DNA of 64,000 nt. Origin: Raillietiella orientalis. Its lineage: Eukaryota. Under the pieces are notes generated by a model. The model was not told the origin of the DNA, did no database searches, and saw nothing but the letters and a program-made list of their open reading frames with translations. A program made the translations under genes and the position numbers. The stretch spans positions 992,001 to 1,056,000 of the forward strand of contig JAYWIR010000016.1 in NCBI GenBank assembly GCA_036172245.1, written 5' to 3'. Within the stretch, counting starts at the first letter, position 1; each line of letters begins with the position of its first letter. Below are positions 1 through 13,413 of this stretch, piece by piece.

Positions 1-159
1 GTGCAACAGTCAATACATCAATGAGTAAGAAGTATTTCTTCCATTTTTCTAATGAAAAGGAAGAATATTTTTGGGAAGTATTGTTGATTTGATAGTACAT
101 AGGGATTCAAGTGATACATCAAAAGAACTCATTGATAAACAAACACAAAAGGTCCATAC

Positions 160-2737
160 TCTTTAATTTATCCCCTGTCTGCCTTGCTTCACTAATTTTC
201 AGATTTAATGTTTGCATTTCAGGTAAACATTTATTTATCTGCAGAGCAGTTCGTTGCATTTTCAGCATGAAGGGAAACAAAAACATTCTCAGGATGATGG
301 TTGCTGAAAAAACAAAATTGAAAACTGAACTAAACCTATGAATACACAAATATAATTACTGTGGAGGCATACGTAATGTTTTTCAGTGAAATACACAACA
401 CATATTACTTTATACACTGTACAATAATAAATAAATGCCTTCAACACATGTACTTTATTGAATACAAATGCACATTACGTATTTATAGGATATACATCTT
501 ATGTAAAAATACATTGCTTGTAAACTGGAAACAGTTTGCAAGAAATGTAATTCCATTTGATGAATACACCTTGACTTTACAGAAAAGTAACACAAAAAAC
601 CTAATAACAAGGTCTTGTAGACACAATAAAATGGCATCACATGGAATTAGTGCTGAACTTTTGTTATCTCCAAGAAACACTGCTGTATCAAGTGACCTCA
701 AGTTAACACTTCTTATCATTAGTCTTTTTAAATCTTTAAAAAAAAATTAGAAACAATTCTAATAGGATAGAAAAAATAATAATAATACATAATAGCTGCA
801 AGCTATCTAGATAATGAAAACATCTTTGATATTAACTTTCACTATAGCTTTAGGATAAAAAAGCAACAATACTATTATGAAGATTCGGATAGTTGAAGCA
901 AAAGTAGATGGTTCAAAAGCTCATACATTATTAGTTTTCCATTTATTAGTTTACTTACTGATTGCAATACATGCACACCATGAAAATCCTTGTGTAATAT
1001 GAAGGTATTCAAACCAACTTTCCATCAATCCAGTTGGAGTCCACCCTCCTAATCCTAGACTTGAGAAACTTGGTTCTCCAGATACACTAAATTCTACAGG
1101 ATTCAAATTGGGGGACTGTAATTGTAATGGGGGATCAGGAATTTGCAATTCAGCAAGATTTGATGCAACCACAGTAGTGTGAAAACCACGATAATTGGAA
1201 AATCTGCAACCAAGTTCCCTTTGGTTACAGGAAACTTTTGCTGCTGACAGAAAAGTTTTAAAAAATTGATGTTCACAACAGGGCTTGTAGAGTGCATTAT
1301 TCTAAAATATATAATTTTGGATACAGCACAGACCATTCTTGTCATATTGTTGTTTAAAAACATATTAATTGTCACAATATGATCTGGTTCAAAATAATGC
1401 GAGCATATTTTGCAATGCTTTAGAAAATCTATTATCTTAGTATTCATCTTACAAACTTACAAGATTTTACTTTGTACAGACACAAACACAAACACATAAG
1501 TACTCAAAATAACCTGGTTGAACATCTCTGAAAGAGCTATTGGAAGAAACTTTAAAATACAGCAACTCACAAAAGCTCATTTTAAATCACAATCGCATTT
1601 GAATGACCTTACTTGGAATACTCTTTGAATCTTTTATTATTTGAAGTTATACAATAATAGCAACCATATGCATAACTTTCCCTTTGTTTGGCAAAAAATT
1701 TGTATTTTGTGAAACAGTATGCAACCTACAAGTGCTATTCTGTGAAAAACACTTTGCACTAGAAGTGGCCAATTCTACAAATTCCTTTGGGGATGCAATT
1801 TAACTTGATGCTCTCATTTTTATACATGCTGTAAACAACAATTAATTTTATTTCACATTAATAGTATATCTTTACATGAATATTTCAAATCTTCAAGCAA
1901 GAAAATCTGCAATATTTCATCTGAACGACAAAAGGATTTTCCGATTTCCAAGGAACTTCATTGCTCTTCAATCCATTTCATATGATTTTCCCAGAAATCA
2001 TACTGAGAAGAAAGTATCTTAGAAGATTTTCAGAAAACAGCAAAACAAAGAACATACGATGTGAGAATGAAACTATTCATGTGGCATAGACAGTTTTACT
2101 TGAAGGCAGGTGCTAATAACAAAAACCTGATTGAACACCCATACAATGTTTTTGAACATCTAAATAATCTACATAAATCATGAAACTAAATGCATTCATT
2201 CAGTTTTAAACTACTATGTGTTACCTAATTAGACTGAGATGTGTTTATAAAAGGTTACTGTTTTCACAATAATTTTCACATGGTAGGGTATACAGTCAAG
2301 AATGCTTTTAGTAACTCCAATTAAGAAATACACGCCTATTAGAAATTCACATCTTTTAATGAGCAGTCATATCAGAGAAATCTTCAAGTTACTGATAGAT
2401 ACACTAATTAGGAAAAGAAAATGCATCCGATTTTTGCTACCCTATAACAGTAAGTAGACATTTCACAATGAAGCCATTATGATTGTCTGCACAACTTAAT
2501 TTCTTGATAGCAATTTGTTTGACATACGTGCACGGAACAATAATGTCTTGATGTTGTGTCCACACAAAATAAGAAAATGAAGCTTGGGAAATTAGAAGCT
2601 TATGATTTATATGCAAAAATGATAATCAAAAATTCACAGCAAGTGTTCACTTTCTATTCATGCTAATTTTCTTCATTGACACTTACCAATTTGGGCGAAC
2701 GTTTGTAAAAATGTATGAATCTAGAATACCCATACAT
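160..2737 (-). CDS. OXA1L: Mitochondrial inner-membrane insertase OXA1L (Oxa1/YidC family), 5' part; exons 2737-2687, 1301-959, 303-160; continues beyond window start
   Basis: Spliced translation MYGYSRFIHFYKRSPKL|NNALYK...RGFHTTVVASNLAELQIPDPP...GEPSFSSLGLGGWTPTGLMESWFEYLHITQGFSWCACIAI|TTIILRMFLFPFMLKMQRTALQINKCLPEMQTLNLKISEARQTGD. GEPxFxSLGLGGWTPxG...EYLH is typical of metazoan Oxa1. Canonical GT-AG sites with compatible phases (0, 1). The basic/hydroxylated N-terminus fits a mitochondrial presequence. Confidence 0.9.
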
Positions 2738-4177
2738 GTTTCTCAGTTTTCTGGAACTTTAATATGCAAAGCATTGAACAGCAGAACCACTGCGCTGTTT
2801 TGACAATTCCTCAATTAATGAAAACTGAGGTAAATTTGCTGGGAAAATACGGGGGAAGAAACTTGATAACGCGATTTCAAACTTTTCCCATAATTACACC
2901 ATTGGTAGAATGCAAAGTTGTGAAATTACGTGAGACGAAATTTCAAGTATCTTAAACACAACCAAATTTCCCACGCAACTCTCTGCAGCCTAGAGAGGGG
3001 CTTGAATGAGCTTACAGATTCATCCAGAATGTTTTTACATTCCAGAGTTGTTCATGAGACTCCAGATTAAGGTGCCACGAGACTTGGTACATGCAGCTAC
3101 TTAGGACAGATCCCTATTTAAGCGTAAGTGTGAACTATTTTGCTTCTACCGTGTTCTTGAAAAACTGCTTTTGCAGTAAAATGTTACGCCATTCCCCTGC
3201 AACCACTGCTCACTCACATGTAACATACGCTTGCTGCACACATATGTACCACACATCAAGCATGTTACCGGCAAAGGGTACCAGATCAGCATAGAGCAAC
3301 GTATGTAAGGCGTGTATGCCCCATAGAGATATATATTGAAAAATAGAAAACCTAATGATCTGTTTGTTAGCTTTCCTGATTCCTTATTGTTAAATCAAAT
3401 GCATCTATCAATCAAATACATCAAATGTTTTATAAATTCAATTTCTATAATCGCGAAGATATGCAATAAAATTTAGGAAGATTGTTTCACAAGAAGCACT
3501 CAGCAAAATTTTATTTTTTCAAAAATGAAATTTTGCTTTTGATATGTTCTGTCTGTTCACCAAACTGTGAGAATTTCAAGATTCGACCTACAATAAAGAA
3601 TTACAAAGTTACGAGAACTTTTCTAATCAGCTTTCAGAAACAAAAAACTAACCGTAAAGAAGAAAGGCCCTTGAGAATCGGCAGCCGGAATGATAATTGT
3701 CGTATTTTTTTCTCCAGCATGATTTGCTCTATTAACTTTCAATCTTCATTTCATTATTACGATTTAATTTTAGTGACAACTCCAGTTAAAACTTTGCTTT
3801 ATTTGAGACGATATCTATAGTTAATTTGTTTTTATGGTTCTGGAATAGCAATCATTCCAAAATCGAATACGTCGGTCATTAAAACTTTCTATGAATAAAG
3901 AAATTCATTATGCTATGAATTCAAGCTTGGAATGCTTTTACAAGCTACAATTTTGAATCATAAATCAGTAAGAAGAGGCAAAAGAGAACTAAATAAGGGT
4001 ATATGAAACTTTTTATCATCATTATCATTATTTTTATCATCTTTTTATCATCAGATTATCAATCTGATGATTGCTGTGGTCTGATCTGAAGCACACACCT
4101 TGGAGATGTTTTGATCTTCGCTTTTTACATTGTACAGTACTGCTTAAAAAAGTATGAATATACAGCAAAACTTTGCA

Positions 4178-4570
4178 TTAGAAAATATTTTGGCTTTCAA
4201 AATTTGTATCGCAGTCGATGTTTTTTCTTATAATTGTCCATCTGTTTAAAACAATCTCCTTTAATAGACCTCCAACTTCCTTTGCTGTTGTAAAGTTTCG
4301 ATTTCTAAACTTCCACCTTCTGATTAAGACTGCTGTAATGAAGAATGCTAGATACTTTCCCAAAAGCGTGTTTAGCATCGGGGTCATGCCATGTCCTCCT
4401 AGCAGTCCTCCTACCATGTTTTCTGCCTCTGCCTCTAAGATTCGTGCTGCTCCTCTCATTTTTCCCTCCGTTGCCCGGAGTGCTGCAATGAAAAATGTGC
4501 ATTTGCCATTCAGACTCTCTGCACGGAGCAATGGGATCTGCTCTGCTTGTTATTATCGTGACAGTCACTA
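4178..4570 (-). mobile_element. 3' fragment of a decayed non-LTR retrotransposon ORF2 (Cys-His C-terminal region)
   Basis: PCRESEWQMHIFHC (eroded CxxC..E..H...C), then after a frameshift MVGGLLGGHGMTPMLNTLLGKYLAFFITAVLIRRWK. This aligns by eye with the neighbouring element at 5452-6100 (ILAGMFEGNGNVPRYNPMVRITISLFITSSVVRRAK). Confidence 0.55.
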
Positions 4571-5451
4571 AGCTATGGATACTTATATAAATAATAATCT
4601 TACAATAAGCTCATGGCCATACTGATCGGAATAAATCACAGCAATCGCAGAAACAGTCTCTGGGAATAGCTTTCCAGAAAAATTTGTCGTCCTAACATTT
4701 TCTTTTGCACAAATCACACCTCCACTAAATAGAGATCACATCTTAACGCCTAATTGTTCCCTTATTCATATTATACCGATAGTAGTGTATCATAAAAGAA
4801 GAAAATGAAGTTTTAACATAATCTCCATCTTGCCTTTGTATCTACAAAGAAACTCATTCCATAGAATGAGTAGTATACGTGAAGCCCTCGTTCTTATTAA
4901 TAATCCAATATACTGAACATAAACGTCACGCTAATTTATTAATAAATACAATATTGGATCCGGCCAAAACTTTTCAACTTAAATATCTGGGAGATGTCTT
5001 GGCAAGATTATTATTATAAGAGGATGAAATAGAAATTTTGCATGAAAGGATATTAAGTTGACTTTTCATTTTTCGTATCCAAAGTATTAAAATTCTTTGT
5101 TTTCACACACAAAAAATCAAGATACCGAAAACATTTTATTTTCAAGTCATGCTCTTGCCTTGCAAATGCCTGATGCAACAGATGATTTCGTTCTAACTAA
5201 GGCATAAAGAGTTCGCTGACTGCTGCTGATATAAAGTTGTGAAGAGACTATGGAATATTACTTTGAAAAAAAAAAAAGAAGGCATTTTCAAAATTAACGG
5301 ATGGAATAATGAAAGTACACAGAGTGCTTTCGAATCGGCAGTTCGCGTTCGAATTAAGTTTGTGATTGCAAAAATTATGGTGCATAAAAACTTGCAATGA
5401 GCAACACTCGATTTTCCCCCAGTCCGACATGCTGTGTGCTGAATTTATCTT

Positions 5452-6100
5452 CTACTTTCGTTCATGCAAGTGTTGGTCAATGTCACTGGTTTTCACTTTC
5501 AAAGTTGGTCTTCGGGCATCCAGTCGATGAGTTTGCGTGGGTAATTCACCCACATGACAAGGCTCCTGAGTCCTTTGCAGGATGTAACAGTACGTCCAAG
5601 CGGGAATGCGTCCACAACTTCCGATGCCGATTTCCCTTTTAACTACACCTTTCAGTATTTCAACAGCCGGCACACTGTGGATTCCGGTCCTCCTTTTTGC
5701 CCTTCTTACCACGCTGCTCGTGATAAACAGGGAGATCGTAATGCGGACCATTGGGTTGTATCGAGGAACGTTGCCGTTCCCTTCAAACATCCCTGCCAGG
5801 ATCTCCATCTTGTCCGTCCTCTGCAGGCCTTGGCCCAGTCCCGGCGCAGCGTCCTGGCAGGTGAGCACGTGGAGTTGGGTTTCCTTGGCTCCACAGGTCT
5901 TGCATATCTCTTCTTGCGCGTCCCCTGACCAGTGTCTCGCCCCCGTGCCGCTCAGGATGCCTCCGTGATAAAACAGCAGGTGGTCACCTTCAGTGTCGGG
6001 TGGTAGATCGCTTGTCCAGACCGTGGTCCCAACCTCCAGCAGGTTCACCTGTCGCAAAAGAATGTTCAGACGGTCAGCAGTGCAAATAAGTGAAACAGGA
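5452..6100 (-). mobile_element. 5'-truncated non-LTR (L1/Tx1-like) retrotransposon, ORF2 C-terminal zinc-binding region
   Basis: Open frame with ICKTCGAKETQLHVLTC (zf-RVT-like CxxC-x3-ET-x2-H-x3-C). GC-rich patch within AT-rich flanks. No RT domain present. Confidence 0.7.
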
Positions 6101-6649
6101 TGCATTGCTGACCGTTTGAACATTCTTTTGCGAATGCAAAATTTAAAGTGAGAAATCAAGTTACAGTTTCAGAAACTCTCTTCACAAAAAATAAGGAACA
6201 CGAACTCACTGAATTTTTTGAACTGAGAGCCAGATTAGCATTGTTTTCGTTTCATTCCACCGTTATTGTACTTAATAGAATCGAAAAAAAAAAAAAAAAA
6301 AGGCACTGGGAATCCCTTTTGAGATCATCTATATGGGAAGCCTCAAATAAAGTTGCGGAAAATCATCATGCAATTTCAAACCTTGACAGTTGGTCGGAAC
6401 ATCTCACTTCTCAAGTACATCAATTTAACGTTATTTTATTCCAGAAATAATTCGAGATTTTCATCCATCCTCGGATGAGGAAATCTTAAAAATTTGTTAA
6501 ATGAACGGCTTTGAGAAAGCAGCTGTTTCCAAGGATCGGTTATGTGTGCCCATTTAATGAATGATTTCATTTAATGAATGATTTTTCCAAAACTGAGCAG
6601 AAGGCACCTTTTCTACTTGGTCAGCAAACAGTTTTAGAATTGTTTCAGT

Positions 6650-7320
6650 TTGTGTGTGTACAATGCCATGTAAATTAAATTACTGGCCTTTCTCTATTGC
6701 TTCAAGTAAACTTCATCTTGCAATATGCTCTGCTACCATTGTCTGGTTGATCTTATGAACCCGTAATGTCTTTCTTTCTTTGAAAATATCAACATCCACA
6801 GGCAGTTGTCCTTTCATTTAAAGTTTCGGCAAGAACAGAAATAGGAAAATTGTTATTATTAGCATCTATTCAAAATGATGGAGGAACTGAGGTGCAGATG
6901 CATTTTTTTTTCCTTCTTGTTGTCTGTGGCCTGCATTCGTATAATCTCTGTTACAACTTGGTTTATCAGAGTGTTTTTCATGTTGCTGAAGATTTGAGAT
7001 TCAACAAGGTTTTCAGTACCAAAGTGGCTGAGCTAAACTTAATTGTGTATGCGCACTGCTATACAGTGACGTTTTCAAAGGCATCGTGATATTAGAGTAG
7101 GATGCTCTTTCTCTCCTGTACTTATCAATGTTTGAATTTGTATGCTTTTTGAGAGTTTCAGTTTCACTGAACCTGAAACTGCCATCAAGTTTCAAATATT
7201 CAGTACACACATTACAATTATGTACTTGCATCAACATCTTTTTGAACGCATCTTTTTGAAGAAATCTTTACTGGAGTAATTACATTTTGCTTCCATTTCT
7301 CTGGTTTTGTACTTACCCAT
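6650..7320 (-). mobile_element. Possible decayed BED-zinc-finger/hAT transposase N-terminal remnant
   Basis: CNVCTEYLKLDGSFRFSETETLKKH resembles the BED finger core. Downstream broken frames give INQTMVAEHIA. Many stops and frameshifts. Confidence 0.3.
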
Positions 7321-8803
7321 TCAGCTCTGGAATGTGCAAAGAAACCAGAATGCAAAAAACAGAAACTCTGAATGGTTCTAAATCATAATCTACTGATTTA
7401 CAGCGCAGTATGCCACAATATTTCATAGTCTCGACTTCCTATCAAGTACTGCACTATGACTTTAGAAAAGAAAGCAGAAAAAAAGCACTGATGTGCTGCC
7501 GCAGTGGCTGATACAAGTTCATTGCATTTCCAGGAATATTCGAAAAATTGGGGAACAGACTTGTTGCTAAAAAAATGTTTTGAAGCCCTATGTGTCAAAT
7601 GAATTGAATTCCGAGACGAAAGATTGTTTTCTATGTGTTTCAGGATTATGAAATTGTAATTCACAATCAAATGAAGCAAAATTACCTTCGCAGAGCAGAT
7701 ATCGAGGAAACTCAGTCTGAGTGTATGGACCACGCTCTGAACATTTTGTCTCAAAATAGGATTCTGTACACTTTGATCTTAGCTAAAAGGCCGAGATGAG
7801 AACATAATTGTGCTATGTAACGGCTAATTATGAGTGGAGATGATGTATCTTTTTGCAGAATTCTATTAAAAACAGAAAAAATGGTTTCTTTTTTCTTTTT
7901 TTCATTTCAAGAATAATCTTAAAAATGTTGCTTTCTTTTGCTTAAAGTTCAATTTTTGTGCTTATGAATTTCCGTTATATGGAGCTTTATTCCAGATCAA
8001 ATTATGATTAACATTTGCTAGTGGAATGAAGAACAATAAAAATTCATCTATGAAGCATCAGTGCATGTACAAGTTAAAAAGTAATACAGAGATTACATTG
8101 GCTGTGGTTCCTTTAGGATATCCAAGATTTCTAGAGGCACTGTGAATCTGTGTTCATTTTTCCCAAATTTCGTTGACAATAACACAAATTCTCTTTGGAG
8201 CATGCTTCAAGTGGAAAAAAACCTTTTGCAGCGACATCATATTAAAAAGACAATTTACTCTTTTTAATAAAATGTGTGGATGGTTACCCTGTGCACATTT
8301 TCGCCTGCGGGTGTGAAGTTTTCTCCCAGACAGCTAAAGAGCAAACTGCGGTGCGTACGTGTGGTGTCTGGGGCCACGTGCGGCAGTTCTCTCGTGACTG
8401 CCTATTCATTTGTGTTCGTGATCACTCAACTGTAGTGTTTTGTTTGGCTCGATGAAAGTTGCAGAACTTTTCTGCATTTTTCTCTGCAGGCCAGAGTCAA
8501 CAGGCCAAGCCCTGTGTAAATACAGTAAGTTCAGAATTACAGGTTTCGTTGTATGCAATTTCATAACACGGTGCAGTTTCCGTTCATTAATTCGTAGTTG
8601 GGTAGCTGTTCGTAGAATGAAGTGTCTGTTTTTTTTTTTTCTGATTCGAAATGCTTTTTTTGTATGTATTTGTATTCAAGAGCATTTAAGATATTTGCGT
8701 ATTGCAGAAACTGTATACAGAAATTCCGTCAACCGTTGTGGCTCGTGTATTTTAGAATTAGTCCCAGCCAGCAACTGTGTGGATTTTTAAAATCTGTCAA
8801 GGT

Positions 8804-11524
8804 ATGGAGAATCAAGTTTACAGAACTGAAGATGTTCGTGTTTTGGAAGATGTCAATTTTGAAAGTCTTCTTCTGTCAGAAAGAGTGCTAAAAGGCATCA
8901 GAAAGTTGGGATTCAGCAAGCCGTCACCAGTTCAGCTGAAATCGATTCCGTTAGGAAAATGTGGATTTGGTAATTTGGATTGCGATGCATTATGGGCCCA
9001 TAGCGAAAATTTTTTTTTTGTTAGATTTAATAGTACAAGCAAAATCTGGAACTGGGAAGACTTGTGTGTTCAGTGTGATAATTCTGGAACACATCCTTGA
9101 TGTCAATAGTCTCCAAGGACTCATATTAGCACCAACGAGAGAAGTTGCTTTCCAAATCAATCATGTGATATCATCAATGAGTGTTGATTTTCCTGGTATG
9201 TTTTTTTTTCTCTTCCCCCCCTACTTTACTTGGCAGTCACAGATGTTCAAATTTTTTGTTTCTTAACTAAAGATTTTTTTATCAGTGTCTCTTTTAAGAT
9301 TATTTTTGTGTCTGCTTGGGACGTATTTTTTCTATTGAAGCAAAAATTAGAGTTGTGCTAAATTTGTAGTCAACACCAGTTTGGCATGCTCAGCACTATG
9401 CATAGCATATTATTCAATGAATCCAATGAATATACTTTGCATACTCTTTATTTTAAATAGCTCAAATGGCAATAAGTTTGGTTAATTGGATTGCTTTTCA
9501 AGTTTACTTCACGGAGTTCATTATGACAAAATTCCAAACACAGTGACATTTGTGTTTACTTTCTTCATTTAAGATCTTTGATGTTACCTTCTTTTGCATC
9601 TACTGTGTCCAGTCATTTGCATATTGCTTATGATATGTAATAACTGCTTGATTGTGCATGATCAGATTTTGTCAAGTTTGCTCTAATGTATGTACTGGTG
9701 TTTAGTTTTTTATGTGTTTTGGTGGTTTACATTTACTTTGATCCACAGTTTTATCAATAATGTCTTGTCATAATCAATATGAATGCAGTGTAGTAGCTAT
9801 CATCAGTGGAATTAGTGGCTTAAATGTAATGTGCATTTACTGTGTAGTATCTGAAAGAAATAAAGACTTTTTGCAGATCTCCAATGCCACTGTTTTATTG
9901 GTGGTTTGCCTTTTGCCCAAGATAAAGTGAACTTAAAGCATTGTCATTTAGCTGTTGGGACTCCAGGAAGAGTTAGACATCTTTTGGAACTGAAAGCTAT
10001 GGATCCTCATTCCATCCGTTTCTTTGTTTTGGATGAAGCAGATAAATTGATGGATGATGCATTCCGGAAAGATGTAAAGTGAGTGATGAATGCTATTGTT
10101 TTCATAGTACCATAGTTGGATCTGCTCACAGCTACCTGAAAACAAGCAAATGCTGGCTGTGAGTGCCACATATCCTGCACAGTTAGATGATTTGTTGAAG
10201 AAATACATGCGCAATCCACAGCTTGTTTATCTTGATAAAGATACTCCTGCGCTTCTCGGAGTGAAACAGAGCATTGTGGTTGTTCCGCATCATGTAATTC
10301 GTCAGGCTGCACTTCAGATAAAGAGAGAAGCTTTAAGAAAATTGTTAGAGAATGTATCTTTCAAGCAGTGCCTAATATTCTGCAATTATCAAACCAGGCA
10401 AGTTTGTTTTCCACAAATGATACAAGGCAGTCATGTGTTTGCCCAGAGCTGAGGATATTTGTAATTACTTGGCCACATGTGGTTGGTCAGTATCTTGTTT
10501 GTCAGCTGCTCAGCAGCAGCATGCACGGTTGAAGGCACTTAACAAGTTGCAACAATTTGAATGTCGTATTCTAATTTCTACTGATGTTGCAGCAAGGGGA
10601 ATTGACGCTGATAATGTTAATCTTGTCATCAATCTAGATATTCCTGCAGATTGTGCTACTTATCTGCATCGCATTGGAAGAGGAGGTCGCTTTGGAACTT
10701 TGGCTAATGCCATTTCTATTGCTGCTGAAGGAAGAGAGCATTCTCGTCTTCTTGCGTTAATTGAAGAAAGCAAATCAAAATGCGATCACTTAGATTTAAT
10801 CAACTCTGAAATCTGCAGACCAGTAACACCAAATGCAGAGAGATCAGATTCTGTACACGATATTGCAAATGTATTGCTGGATTTGGTGACCCAAGATAGT
10901 AGCAAATCTGTGATCTCACTTCGGTTAGCCAAACAGAAGTTGGCTGAATGTCCGCAAATAGTAGTGGAGGCAGATGAAACTAGTCAATTCCAGAATGAGC
11001 AGGAACAGTTAATGTGCAAGAAACTTTCATCTTACCTCAAGGAAGCATGGCAGAATTTCGAAACAGACTTCAATTGTTTACAGGAATCAGTATCTGTTGT
11101 ACATCCAGACCAGCTAGAATTTTGGAAAATGCCTCTAACACGGTGGACTTTGAAAATAAGAAGCGAACACAATATATCAGATTGCATGGCTCGTAAAGAA
11201 GAGCGAAAACATTCCATCTGTAGCAAAGGTTTTCTCAAAGATACGTTGAGGAGGAAGTGTGAATCCCAACAAATTAAGCCTCAATTAAGTAGGATTCACC
11301 ACACAGATCACAAGTCATCACCATTCACCGCCAATGAGAATTCTCAAAAAAGGAAGGGGGGCAAAGTGCAACATCGTGGCGAGAATCGTTCTCAAACTTT
11401 CATGAAAAGCAAAGATTCAGATAATTGGTATAACTGGTACTTGGAAATGGTTTCAAACGTGGCAACAGTGAAGCATTTTCTTTGGTACACAGAATATTGG
11501 CATGCAATGTACAAATTTTTGTAA
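8804..11524 (+). CDS. DDX20: DEAD-box RNA helicase DDX20/Gemin3; exons 8804-8969, 9025-9195, 9877-10078, 10116-10397, 10447-11524
   Basis: Motifs GFSKPSPVQ (Q), AKSGTGKT (I), APTREVA (Ia), GTPGR, LDEADKL (II), SAT (III), TDVAARGID (V), [12 protein letters not shown] (VI). DDX20-like context [47 protein letters not shown] and a Trp/Tyr-rich C-terminus. Splice phases are consistent. Confidence 0.93.
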
Positions 11525-12482
11525 GCACTTCTGTGAAGTTACTGCCCGATGAAACAAGATGTTTCCAAGAACAAGGTATAAAGTTCCTATTGTCATTGTA
11601 CATAGGAACCAAGTACCTTGCTCCAAAGAGCACCTTTCTGTGGCAATAACGATGTGTTTTTCCATTCCTCCAAAGTATAATGCTCAAGTAATTAATAAAA
11701 AATTGTTCAATGGATTGCTGTCAACTTTTATTATTAGTAGCCAATTTACTCAGTAGCCTTGCTAGCAAGCCAGTTTGCGCTAATTTAGAACTGCACGTTG
11801 CAGCCATCAAAAAGTTTCCATTCTTCGAAGGAATAAGAATCCGATCAATGGTTTGTTTCTATTATATATTATATTTGTGATTTTCCAGTTGGGCCAGTTG
11901 CGCCGAAGTTTTGAAGTCAGCGAAAGATTAATCCCAGAGTTATTAATCTGTTCCGATCTGGCATCGTTGTTATCTCCGTGGTTATTATTATTATTTTTTG
12001 AGCATCTCAGTTCAGAATTTCGTTAGTTGACATTTCTTGGTAACGGTTATTGTAATGAATCGTTCAGCTGCTGTTGTGGTGTTCGGGGAAATTTGACAGC
12101 GAACTTTTTGTAGCGAATGTTTGATTGTGACCGCGATTTTCGCACCACCACATCTCCAAGAAGGAAGAATTTAATCGGAGTGGGTTTTGAAAATACGATT
12201 ACGTGCTTCATGTTGGAAAACAGGGGCTCCACGAAGTGTTTTTGTTTAAAAAAAACACTAAAAACATGGAATGACCTCCATCTTTTTCAAGGGCTCTTTG
12301 CATTTCTGTTGTTGCCCAGTAAAGGAGTGCTACTCGAAACTGTGTTTTCCAACTTTGTGGGTTCTACCCAATAAATAGGAAAAACGGTCCTACAACTTTG
12401 GTTTCCAGCTGCCAAATAAAGCAGCAGTCCGTGACACTTAAAAAGTATTCGAGAGCAATCTTTCAAACAGATAGGCTGCAAA

Positions 12483-12502
12483 TGTGTGTGTGTGTGTGTG
12501 TG
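12483..12502. repeat. (TG)n microsatellite
   Basis: tgtgtgtgtgtgtgtgtgtg seen directly. Confidence 0.9.
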
Positions 12503-12599
12503 TTTTTTAAATGCTTACTGAGTTTATTACTTGGATAATAATTTTGGATTAATAAATGGAAGAGCCAGTTCAATGTACTGAACGGGCACAAATGGGTAC

Positions 12600-13413
12600 A
12601 ACGCGCGCTGCTGGCTGCTGGAAATCTCGCCCTCGAAGCTGTTGGGGGCAAAAGTGGGGGCAGAGAACTCCCAACTAAGGATCCGTCGTTTTTGCATCCA
12701 CGGCAACTTCCGATTCAGTCACTACCGAAGAGGTTAAGGCGCCGACGGTTTGCAAACTCTTTGCGAGCACGAAGATTTCTCAGCAACGGTTTCTTGTGGT
12801 TTAACTCTCGATAGACCCCCCGTGGGACGGGATGCGAATTGCACACACGCGAAAAATCTCGGGGAGCTGGGAGGAACTTCGGTTCCTCGCACGTGCTGGG
12901 GAGACTGCCCTAACGAGTCAGGGAGAGCTGCCTAAGCAGCTGCTGCTGTGTTTCCTGTACCATAGCATCTTTTGATCTTGTCAGGAAGACTTCATTTTTC
13001 CCTCTCGCCTTTCCGACGGGATCGAATGTGGCTCGGCTGTTCTGATCGTTAGCACGACGGGCGTACTTCTCAGCTTCGGCTTTAATGGACAATTTGTCAC
13101 AGAGCTGAAATTCCACTTTCCCAGTTCCCTCATTTGTTTTGTGGATGGAAGCCTTCCTGTGATTTTCTGGATCACGGGTACGGTGACACAGACCCACAGA
13201 TTCATCTTGCCGACCTTCTGAATGGAAGGAAACCAGAGCACGAGGCCACGTATAAAAAAAAAAACTCTTGGGAGGGACATCACGGACTTCAAGCACCGTC
13301 CCATTTCTGCATCGTATCTTCCGTTCTTCGGTTCCAGGTATTGCCCAACAGGGCTGGATGATAGACCTTACTTGAAACAGAGAACTGGTTACCCATCGCA
13401 TCGTAGTTTTCAC
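12600..13413 (-). mobile_element. Decayed non-LTR ORF2 fragment (endonuclease-RT linker)
   Basis: IKAEAEKYARRA...RATFDPVGK, then LTSSVVTESEVAVDAK, resembling the L..PIT..EV..A motif that precedes LINE RT. Highly eroded. Confidence 0.35.

Noticed and set aside
4047..4071. 11-bp hairpin ATCATCAGATT/AATCTGATGAT
   Set aside because: It lies in a degenerate ATC/TTA microsatellite and is likely a local slippage or fold-back product.
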